From: a virus
Taxonomy: Duplodnaviria > Caudoviricetes
Strand: one strand, 5' to 3'
IMG/VR virus record: IMGVR_UViG_3300036773_000035
Location: 1-51,542 of that record
DNA: 51,542 bases
The notes under the pieces are model-generated. The model had not been told where the DNA came from. It saw only the letters and a program-made list of their open reading frames with translations, and ran no database searches. The stretch's first letter is position 1; every line of letters begins with the position of its first letter. Position numbers and translations under genes: made by a program. Positions 17,174-24,985 of this stretch are shown here, piece after piece.

Positions 17174-19650
17174 TGCAGTTCCCAACCGACACAGACCTTG
17201 CTGCGGCGCAGCAGGCAACCGTACGGCGCATCAACGGCAAGCTGGAGTTCGACTGGAACCGCAACGGTCTGTACGACCATGCCTACAGCGACCTGTCGTT
17301 GCTGGCTGTGAGTGTGACGCTCGATGACTCCAAGCTGAACAGTCAGCTGCCAGCGGAGATCCAGTCCATCACCGGGTACAGCTCTGCGGAGTTGCGTGTT
17401 ACGCTCTTCGGGAAGAGGCAGTTTCCGGAGCTAGGTGCCTCCGCGCTGTTCATGCCGATCAAAACGACGGACCCACTCTACGCGCTGACGCTGGATGGCA
17501 CACCTGTGCGATACAGCAGGTACGTGCGCACTACCGGCGGACGGAAGACGCTGCGGCAGTTCACTGGGTTCCTTCGGAGCTGGAACATCAACCGCAAGAC
17601 TAGCAACGTCCAGCTGGTGTGCTCGGACATCTCGGACGTGCAGGCAAACATCGTGACGTTGCCGCACATCGCGGTCACGCAGAACGTGTACTCGTCCGTG
17701 ACGGATCCATCTCCGTTTGCACGCCCGTGGGAGTCCACTTGGGTGTACGAGGAGATCCTCCGGCAGGCAGGACGTCCGACAGGACCTCCGACGAGGTCCG
17801 ATGCAGCGTGGTACATGAGCTGCAACGGGTCCATGATCCCGTCGGTAGGCTCGTACTGGTCGTTGTCCCCAACGAACGGTCTGCACGGGATCTGGCTTGG
17901 TGCAGCTGATCCCTGGCAGGATGGCAAGTATGGCATCTGTCCGGTGCCGGTACCAGACCCGATTGCCACATCGCAGAGTGCGTTCTTCGCTGGTGGAACG
18001 ACCTCGAAGCGAGTTGTCATGTCATCGCCGGACAACGACTCACTTCCGGACTCGTTCGCGTTTGGGATGTGGCACTTGTCGGATGGAACCGCGACGATCC
18101 CACCGTTCAGTGGGCTACCTGTACGCGTGGTGTTCCTCCAGATGCTGATGGAGGCACAGTCCGGGCAGATGTCGTTCAAGGTCTTGAAGAACGGGCAGCT
18201 GCAGTGGACGATGAACGATGCGGCATATGGCAACTCTGGTGGTGCGTCAGGAGAGTACTGGCAGCAGGACTTCGTTGCTCAGACCGCAGGGTGGCACTAC
18301 CACTGGTTCGAGATCCGCTTCGGTCCTGTAGGGCCACTCACGACGGTGTACCGAGTCGATGGTGTAGTCCAGTCTGTGCAGAGCCAGTCCTTTGCTGCAG
18401 GTCCGTACCGGTACATTGTACCAGATGCGCAGCTCGAGAACAACATCAACCTCGTGCAGGTGCTGATCGCCAATCCCTGCCAGCACATTCAGCTGGTCTA
18501 CAACTCAGCCGCGACGGGTTCTGCATATGTGGCGGGACAGCAGGATCCGCCATTGCGTGATGGCCGACCGCTGGCGTACGTGTCGCGGTCGAGGAACTAC
18601 CTCAACTGGATGCCGGACGTGTATCAGCAGAAGGCGTGGGACGCACTCACTGCGGTGTCTGCTGGAGAGCTTGGAGCGGTGTACACGGACGTGTGGGGCG
18701 GGATCCACTGCGTGCCACACACGGAACTGCAGCAGGACGTGAACACCGGGTTCGCTGGTGCGATCACGATCACGGAAGACCAACTGCAGGACTATACGAT
18801 GTCCCCGTCACTCGACGCACGACGGAACAGCATCACGATCTCTGCGAAGCAGCGGAACGTGGTCAGCGACATTGTCTACGCACCGAGTGACTCGAAGCAG
18901 TTCCATACGCTTACCAACACCACGACGGAGAACTTCATCTCCCTCGATGAGGTCATCTCCGTCGACACGAACAGGATCGGCCTGGCGCAGATCATCAGCG
19001 CGACGAAGCCACTGACGCCGTACGACAAGTTCACGACGGTCTCTTCCGCGATCCTGGACCAGGACTTCACGACGGATGCGACTGTAGCACATACCGGATG
19101 GTACTGGGAGTGTGCGTTGTCGAAGGACCAGCGAACGCTATCGATCTACCGCGACGGTGGGAACTTCGCACCTGGTGGTAACACCGGTGTGTACATCGGG
19201 TCGTACCTTGGTGGCAACGACGTATCGATGCAGATCGCGGGCACGAAGTACTCAGACCCGATCGTCACGCAGTCGACCCTCATCAACCAGTCGTCCATCA
19301 ACCGGAACGGCCGGCGGGTGTTGATCCTTGACGACAACGACTGGCGTCAGGACGTTAACTCCACGCTGGTGATTGCCGGTGCACTGCTGTCGGACACTGC
19401 CACACCGAAGCCGATCATTGACGGTATCGTGATGCGTGCAAACCCGCAGATGGAGAAGCGGGACATCTACAAGGTGCAGATCGAAGGTATCGCGAACTTT
19501 CAGCTGTACGTTCAAGTGCTCGGTGTGACTCGGTCGGATACGTTGACGGAATCGACGGACAAACCGGTCTTCGGAGTCGTCGTGATCCCCGGTGGTGCTG
19601 TCTGGGACGATCCAGCCTCTGGCTGGGACGTCGGAAGTTGGAGTGACTGA
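17173..19650 (+). CDS. Large minor tail/baseplate hub protein
   Basis: GGAGG RBS, TAGTG overlap; about 825 aa; C-terminal WDD..GWD. Confidence 0.7.
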   Translation: MQFPTDTDLAAAQQATVRRINGKLEFDWNRNGLYDHAYSDLSLLAVSVTLDDSKLNSQLPAEIQSITGYSSAELRVTLFGKRQFPELGASALFMPIKTTDPLYALTLDGTPVRYSRYVRTTGGRKTLRQFTGFLRSWNINRKTSNVQLVCSDISDVQANIVTLPHIAVTQNVYSSVTDPSPFARPWESTWVYEEILRQAGRPTGPPTRSDAAWYMSCNGSMIPSVGSYWSLSPTNGLHGIWLGAADPWQDGKYGICPVPVPDPIATSQSAFFAGGTTSKRVVMSSPDNDSLPDSFAFGMWHLSDGTATIPPFSGLPVRVVFLQMLMEAQSGQMSFKVLKNGQLQWTMNDAAYGNSGGASGEYWQQDFVAQTAGWHYHWFEIRFGPVGPLTTVYRVDGVVQSVQSQSFAAGPYRYIVPDAQLENNINLVQVLIANPCQHIQLVYNSAATGSAYVAGQQDPPLRDGRPLAYVSRSRNYLNWMPDVYQQKAWDALTAVSAGELGAVYTDVWGGIHCVPHTELQQDVNTGFAGAITITEDQLQDYTMSPSLDARRNSITISAKQRNVVSDIVYAPSDSKQFHTLTNTTTENFISLDEVISVDTNRIGLAQIISATKPLTPYDKFTTVSSAILDQDFTTDATVAHTGWYWECALSKDQRTLSIYRDGGNFAPGGNTGVYIGSYLGGNDVSMQIAGTKYSDPIVTQSTLINQSSINRNGRRVLILDDNDWRQDVNSTLVIAGALLSDTATPKPIIDGIVMRANPQMEKRDIYKVQIEGIANFQLYVQVLGVTRSDTLTESTDKPVFGVVVIPGGAVWDDPASGWDVGSWSD

Positions 19651-20252
19651 TGGCGTACTCAACGATCCCGCAGTCGTACATCGATGGTGTTCCCATCCCA
19701 CGAGACTTCGGGCAGAAGACCAAGGACAACTTCGACAACTTGTCCTCGCGCATTGTGACGTTGGAAGCGCAGATGGTTACGGCCAACGCTGCGTTGAACA
19801 AGGTCACTGAGGTCCGGTATGAGCACAACACGGGAACTGCCGCACAGACCGCGGCTGCAACGAGCAACACGACGGTGCAGTTCCCGCAGGTGATCCGGTC
19901 CAACGGAAACGTTGTTGCAAGTGGCAGTGGTAACAACGCGTTCCTGCTTGGTGCCGGATACTGGACCGTGTCTGTCTCACTGCGGTGCTCGACCAACGTT
20001 AGCGGTGTAGGTGAGCTCTCGATTGCGGTCAATGGCAGTGGCGCGTGGGGTACCGCGGATGTCGTAGGTTGCGCTGGATCCGGAAGTGGTTGCTTCGGGC
20101 TTACGGTGCCGGTCTTCATCACTACTGGTGGAGCAGCGTACGTGTCGGTCAACCTCTGGAACGGGTCCGCATCGTCTACAACTATCCAGGGTATTGGCTC
20201 TGCACTGCCGCACGCGACGTCCATCGACATCATGCGACAGGGGAGCTTCTAA
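19650..20252 (+). CDS. Minor tail protein
   Basis: TGATG overlap; short coiled coil then beta-rich domain. Confidence 0.65.
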   Translation: MAYSTIPQSYIDGVPIPRDFGQKTKDNFDNLSSRIVTLEAQMVTANAALNKVTEVRYEHNTGTAAQTAAATSNTTVQFPQVIRSNGNVVASGSGNNAFLLGAGYWTVSVSLRCSTNVSGVGELSIAVNGSGAWGTADVVGCAGSGSGCFGLTVPVFITTGGAAYVSVNLWNGSASSTTIQGIGSALPHATSIDIMRQGSF

Positions 20253-20336
20253 ATGCACAACACACGACGAAGACGCGGTCCGCCCAGGACTGACGCGGGA
20301 TTGACTAACCACGGAGGTTCTCGAACTGGAGGGCAA

Positions 20337-20591
20337 ATGAGTACATCGGATTGGACTGCGATCCTCAGCGTTGCGGTTGCGTTGCTGGCGATCGTGATCC
20401 CCCTCCTGTTGCGGCGCAGCGACCAGCAGCGCGTACAGATCGAGAAGCTGACGACCGAGAACCAACGTCTCCGGGACGCGAACGTCGATCTCAAAATCGC
20501 CAACGCGAGCCTTGCGAGGGTCGGAAACGTGTTGGACAGAACATTCGCAGCGCTGCCAGCACCCGACACCCATGAAGGGAGTACCACATGA
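20337..20591 (+). CDS. Membrane protein with coiled coil (lysis cassette)
   Basis: GGAGG RBS; one N-terminal TM helix. Confidence 0.65.
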   Translation: MSTSDWTAILSVAVALLAIVIPLLLRRSDQQRVQIEKLTTENQRLRDANVDLKIANASLARVGNVLDRTFAALPAPDTHEGSTT

Positions 20592-20809
20592 ATCTGCTGG
20601 ACAGGATTCGTGAGTGGTGGCACCTAGACACGACCGAGCTGGATTCCCGGATCCAGAGTGCGGAAGAGCAACGGTCGGATGCTGCGGACATCCGGTCTCG
20701 CGCAGAGGAGCTGCAACGCTCGCTCAACTCGCACGAACGGGAAAACCACCTTGCGCAGCGGTTCGCTGCTGCGATGGCGGAATCGGAAAGAAGAAGGAGG
20801 CACGCGTGA
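20588..20809 (+). CDS. Hypothetical protein (lysis cassette)
   Basis: ATGA overlap; ends in RENHLA.RF. Confidence 0.65.
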   Translation: MNLLDRIREWWHLDTTELDSRIQSAEEQRSDAADIRSRAEELQRSLNSHERENHLAQRFAAAMAESERRRRHA

Positions 20810-21183
20810 ACTGGTTCGTGGTCGTCAACCTGATCCTGCTCGTCATCGGTGCGGTCGCGGGCTGGGGATTCATCATCGCCTACACTCTCCGGTACAACTG
20901 GTGGACGACTGATCTGGGTGCACACCTGATCTCGTTCAGTGGTGTGGCAACGCTGTTCTACACGCTGTACCTAGTGCGCACGCTGCAGGACGCTGACAGT
21001 GCACCTGGCACAACCCAGTCGGCATTCAACTTGATCCGCCTGCTGCTGTTCGCCCTTCTCACAGTCGTGATGGTGTGGCGCTTCGTTCTCATGGTCCGGC
21101 TACCCAGACGACCGACTGGCCCACCTGTGCAACCGGTCAAGGGTCCAACCGGTCTAAACGAGGGGAATGACCCGCCTGCATAA
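20806..21183 (+). CDS. Putative holin-like membrane protein (3 TM)
   Basis: GTGA overlap; three hydrophobic helices; directly before the endolysin. Confidence 0.6.
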   Translation: MNWFVVVNLILLVIGAVAGWGFIIAYTLRYNWWTTDLGAHLISFSGVATLFYTLYLVRTLQDADSAPGTTQSAFNLIRLLLFALLTVVMVWRFVLMVRLPRRPTGPPVQPVKGPTGLNEGNDPPA

Positions 21184-21239
21184 ATCTGCCAGTAGCTAGC
21201 AATCCCTTGCTTAGCTAAGGGCTAGCGTGTGGTAACCCG
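21171..21239. repeat. 69-bp dispersed repeat, copy 1
   Basis: Ungapped match to 35226-35294 with shared blocks CCCGCCTGCA, TGCC, ATCCCT and AAGGGCTAGCGTGTG. Confidence 0.75.
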
Positions 21240-21273
21240 TGTGCAAACCGAGTATCAGTTAGGAGGTAAACCG

Positions 21274-22332
21274 GTGCCGTTCGGAATCGATGTGTACTAC
21301 AAGAACCAGACTGTCACTGACCCGCTGCGTGCGAAAGAGCAAGGCAACGTCCAGTTCGCCATCGTCAAGACGATGGACGGAAACGACGGTGTGGTGGACG
21401 TCAAGCAAGCGCTCGCACAGGCGGAGAAGCTACAGAACGCGGGCATCCAGGTTGGTCCGTACCACTTCGCACAACCGGACATGAGCGCAACTGAGCAGGC
21501 TACGCGGTGGTACAACCAGGTCATCAAGCCGTTTGACTGGGACCTGTGCCCGTGGTTGGACCTGGAGCAAAGCGCTTCCGGCGTCAACTACAACACGTGG
21601 GGTCGGTCGTTCATCGCACAGATGCGACAGCTGTCTCAGCGGACCCGACAGGGTCTGTACAGCAGTAAGTCGTGGTTCACTGGCGGACAGCTCAATGAAG
21701 CGATGTTCGATGAGAACGTCCCGTTGTGGGTTGCGAGGTACTACCGCAACGTGGCGGACTTCTCAACGCTGAGTTGGACGGACGCACAACTGTCCATCTA
21801 CCAGTACTGGGACAAGGGCAGCGTCCCAGGTATCATCGCACAGGGTGTGGACCTGAACACGATGCTGTTGCCGCTCTCCGCGGTCTCGGCTGAGATGGCT
21901 GGTGGAGGTGGGTCTGGACCTGCGGAAGTCAAGTCGAGCTCGATGCTGATGGAGGAACACGACATGAACCTGGAACCGTGCAGTCTCGTCGATGACGGCA
22001 CCGGCAAGCTGGTCCCGCGGGACCGCTGCGTCACGATGGTGGTACCGAAGGACGCAACGGACCTGATCCTCTCACTCGGGTGGGTGGGTATGACCGTGAA
22101 GAAGATCGCGTTCTACGGACCCACGCCAGGTACGGGGCTGAACACGCTGTGGATGACCGGTGGTGCACAGGGCATCGCAGCAGGTCGGTCCTGGCGAGTG
22201 ATGGACGGTGCGCAGTCCGCGTTGGCTGTCGCGCGCAGCAAAGGTGAAGTGCTGACCTGCGAGATCACGTACAACCTGGCGCCCGCGGATGTGTCCAAGC
22301 CGGACACTGACGCGGTTGCGGGCTTCCGGTAA
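21274..22332 (+). CDS. Endolysin, GH25 muramidase
   Basis: GIDV, GPYHFA, WLDLE (DxE), LWVARY and VDLN motifs; GGAGG RBS before GTG 21274. Confidence 0.88.
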   Translation: MPFGIDVYYKNQTVTDPLRAKEQGNVQFAIVKTMDGNDGVVDVKQALAQAEKLQNAGIQVGPYHFAQPDMSATEQATRWYNQVIKPFDWDLCPWLDLEQSASGVNYNTWGRSFIAQMRQLSQRTRQGLYSSKSWFTGGQLNEAMFDENVPLWVARYYRNVADFSTLSWTDAQLSIYQYWDKGSVPGIIAQGVDLNTMLLPLSAVSAEMAGGGGSGPAEVKSSSMLMEEHDMNLEPCSLVDDGTGKLVPRDRCVTMVVPKDATDLILSLGWVGMTVKKIAFYGPTPGTGLNTLWMTGGAQGIAAGRSWRVMDGAQSALAVARSKGEVLTCEITYNLAPADVSKPDTDAVAGFR

Positions 22333-22341
22333 GGAGGAGAC

Positions 22342-22812
22342 ATGGGTAACGGCATCTTCAATGTCGCTAAGGGTCGTATTGCGACCTACGCGGCTGCACC
22401 CGGTCCTGCGACGCTGGTCGTGGTCCTGTTCAAGGGCACGATTGTCGCGGACACGGTCATGCGGGATTACACCACGCTGGCGCTAGCCATCGCTGGTAAC
22501 GCTGAAGCGGACTTCACGAACTACGCACGGAAGACGCTCGCGGGTAGTGCTGCGAACGTCGACCAGGCGAACGACTGGGTCGACATCACGGGAACCAACT
22601 TCACGTACACGGCAGCGGGTAACTCCGGAACCACCGCAGGTACCGGAACAGGCAACAACGTGATCGGCAAGTTGCTCGTGTGCTACAACAGTACCGGCTC
22701 TGCAGCAGACTCCGCAATCGTCCCGATGTCGTTCCACGACTGCGTGTTCTCGACGGACGGAACGGACCAGGCTATCACGATTCCGTCGCCAGGCTACGCC
22801 AGGGCTGCGTGA
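22342..22812 (+). CDS. Minor tail/fibre-associated structural protein
   Basis: AAGGAGG RBS; FNVAKG and NYARKTL motifs. Confidence 0.65.
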   Translation: MGNGIFNVAKGRIATYAAAPGPATLVVVLFKGTIVADTVMRDYTTLALAIAGNAEADFTNYARKTLAGSAANVDQANDWVDITGTNFTYTAAGNSGTTAGTGTGNNVIGKLLVCYNSTGSAADSAIVPMSFHDCVFSTDGTDQAITIPSPGYARAA

Positions 22813-22815
22813 CGC

Positions 22816-24300
22816 GTGTCCGGGAAGGCTACCGCGGCGACAGACCGCGTTAGCATCGCGAGCGCTCCCGCCGCTGGACCCGTAACTGTGTGCGCGTGGA
22901 TTCGGTTGACTAGCACGACTAACGCAACCAACACGATCATGCGGTTCGATGCCAGCGGTGGGACAGCGCTGATCGCAGCGTTGCGGTCGCTCGTACCCGG
23001 CTTCTACTCCGCGGCATCAACCACTGGTGTTGTAGGTACCGCAACGACGACAGGTACGTGGTTGTTCGTCTGTGGCACGCGTGATGCCGCAAACGCTGGT
23101 CAGCTACTCCAGGGTGCGACTCCGGGAACGCAGTCCAAGACAACCGCGACGGTCAGCAGTAGCGGCACACCAGGTAGCGTCAACGTGTTCGGTCGGTCGA
23201 CGAGTGACGCAACGGACTGGTTCGTCGGATCGATTGCGTACATGCGGGTCTGGACAGCGATCCTCTCCGATGCGGAGATCGCGGCTGAGAGCCTGATGGT
23301 CCCCAGCGTCTCGACACCTGCAGCACGCACCACGAACCTGTGGGCTAGCTGGCCGTTCGCTGCAGCAGCACTGACTGACGTGTCCGGCAACAGCCGCAAC
23401 CTCACTGCGGGTACTACACCGCTGACTGCGGACACGGATCCACCACTCGGACACTCGACGGCGCTGGGTCGTGCGAGTGAGACCGATACAGCGAGTGCGC
23501 TGACACGCGCGAAGAGCAAGGCGATTGTACGTGCGAGTGAGACGGATACTGCGTCCGCACTGACGCGGACGAAGAACGTCACGCTCGGGAGAGCGATCGA
23601 GACGGATACCGCAGCAGCCGTCACTCGGTCGAAGTCTCGAGCACTGGTGCGCGCGAGTGAGACCGACACAGCCGCAGCTCTCACGCGCGCGAAGGTGGTT
23701 GGTCTCGGACGAGCTGCGGAGACGGACACGGGTACCATCCTCACCCGGTCGAAGTCCGTTGCGTTGGGTCGTCCAACCGAGACCGATACCGCACAGGGCG
23801 TGACCCGGACCAAGTCAACTGCGTTGGTGCGTGCGACCGAGACTGACACCTCGGGTACACTCACGCGCAGCAAGCAGGCGCAGCTGGGTCGTAGTGCGGA
23901 GACTGACACCGCAGGTCAGTTGGGTCTCGGTACCGCGATCGTGCTCGGAAGGGCCGTGGAAACCGATACGGCTACCACGCTCAGTCGAAGCAAGCGAGTA
24001 GCGCTGAATCGGGCCAGTACTCTTAGTACGGCCGGGACGCTTTCTCGCGGTAAATCGGTAACTATCGGGAGGTCTTCGGAGACAGATACCGGGAGACCGG
24101 TGTCGCTCACGAAGAGCGAGATCGTGTTGGGTCGTGCACTGGAGACGGACACGGCGCTCCCTGTGCAGACGGGGCAACACGTTGACATGGACCTTCAGAC
24201 GGGTCCAGTAGAGGAGTCTTGGTTGTCTGGGGAGATCCACACGGGCTGGCATACCGGTGCTGGCACCACGCAGTGGGCGAGCGGAGGTGTATGGGTGTGA
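22816..24300 (+). CDS. Tail fibre-like protein: LamG/concanavalin-like domain followed by 20-aa repeats
   Basis: TVCAWIR...WLFVCG...FVGSIAYMRVW...LSDAEI; about 12 LGRASETDTA repeats. Confidence 0.7.
   Translation: MSGKATAATDRVSIASAPAAGPVTVCAWIRLTSTTNATNTIMRFDASGGTALIAALRSLVPGFYSAASTTGVVGTATTTGTWLFVCGTRDAANAGQLLQGATPGTQSKTTATVSSSGTPGSVNVFGRSTSDATDWFVGSIAYMRVWTAILSDAEIAAESLMVPSVSTPAARTTNLWASWPFAAAALTDVSGNSRNLTAGTTPLTADTDPPLGHSTALGRASETDTASALTRAKSKAIVRASETDTASALTRTKNVTLGRAIETDTAAAVTRSKSRALVRASETDTAAALTRAKVVGLGRAAETDTGTILTRSKSVALGRPTETDTAQGVTRTKSTALVRATETDTSGTLTRSKQAQLGRSAETDTAGQLGLGTAIVLGRAVETDTATTLSRSKRVALNRASTLSTAGTLSRGKSVTIGRSSETDTGRPVSLTKSEIVLGRALETDTALPVQTGQHVDMDLQTGPVEESWLSGEIHTGWHTGAGTTQWASGGVWV
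23455..24165 (+). repeat. Coding tandem repeat with a unit of about 60 bp
   Basis: GAGACxGAyAC (ETDT) recurs about every 60 bp. Confidence 0.85.
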
Positions 24301-24605
24301 GGGACATACTGGCGAACACGTACCTGGACCGTACCTCGAAGGAGTACGTCCACGTGCCGGTGTTCGGGACTGACGACCCCTCGACGTACCCTGTCGAGAT
24401 GTCGTTCCCGTTAGAGACCGATCGGCCGAGTGACTGGCTTGCGGCGGAGTGGATCGAGATCGCGGGGGTATTGAACGTTCGGGTGCTGGTTGGCCCGGGC
24501 TCTCCAAACGTCCTCCCAGCAGGGAGGTACTCGGTGTACTGGCGGTTCACTGGACCGACCGAGACACCGGTCAAGCAAGCAACGAACCGCTTGGTCATCA
24601 CCTAG
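24291..24605 (+). CDS. Ig-like/BppU-like structural protein
   Basis: RVLVGPG...GRYSVYW...PTETPV motif. Confidence 0.6.
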   Translation: MGVRDILANTYLDRTSKEYVHVPVFGTDDPSTYPVEMSFPLETDRPSDWLAAEWIEIAGVLNVRVLVGPGSPNVLPAGRYSVYWRFTGPTETPVKQATNRLVIT

Positions 24606-24613
24606 GAGGCAAC

Positions 24614-24985
24614 ATGAAGGTATTCGGGAGAGAGCCCGCTACGTGGATCGCACTGTTCGCGAGTCTGCTCGAGCTGCTGTCGGGCTACTTCATCCACTGG
24701 AGTGCCGGCACGCAGGGCATCGTCATCGCGGTCATCACTGCGGCGTTCGGTCTGTGGACGGCGTTCCACCTGCCGGACTGGCGCGACAAGGTCCTGCCGG
24801 CGATCCTCGGTTTCGCGCAGGCCATCTTCGCGCTGTTCCTGGCATTCGGCGCTGACGTGCCTGCGAGCGTACAGGGTCAGTGGATGGCCGTCATCACGGT
24901 CGTGGTCGGTCTGTTCGTGCGTACGCAGGTGACGGCACCGGTACAGGACCCGAAGGCGGTTGCACCGGTACCGCCTGCTGCCTAA
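24614..24985 (+). CDS. Holin (about 4 TM)
   Basis: AGGAGG RBS; MKVFGREPA...RTQVTAP is typical of actinophage holins. Confidence 0.75.
   Translation: MKVFGREPATWIALFASLLELLSGYFIHWSAGTQGIVIAVITAAFGLWTAFHLPDWRDKVLPAILGFAQAIFALFLAFGADVPASVQGQWMAVITVVVGLFVRTQVTAPVQDPKAVAPVPPAA

Noticed and set aside
23455-24165. Regularly spaced repeats as a possible CRISPR array
   Set aside because: In-frame coding repeats with synonymous variation and no unique spacers
13283-24300. Impression that GCC codons and GGCC/CGCC words are under-used in structural genes
   Set aside because: Cannot be quantified by eye; needs k-mer observed/expected counts
24982-24985. Overlapping stop codons of the convergent holin and polymerase genes
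   Set aside because: Ordinary genome compaction with no additional structure seen
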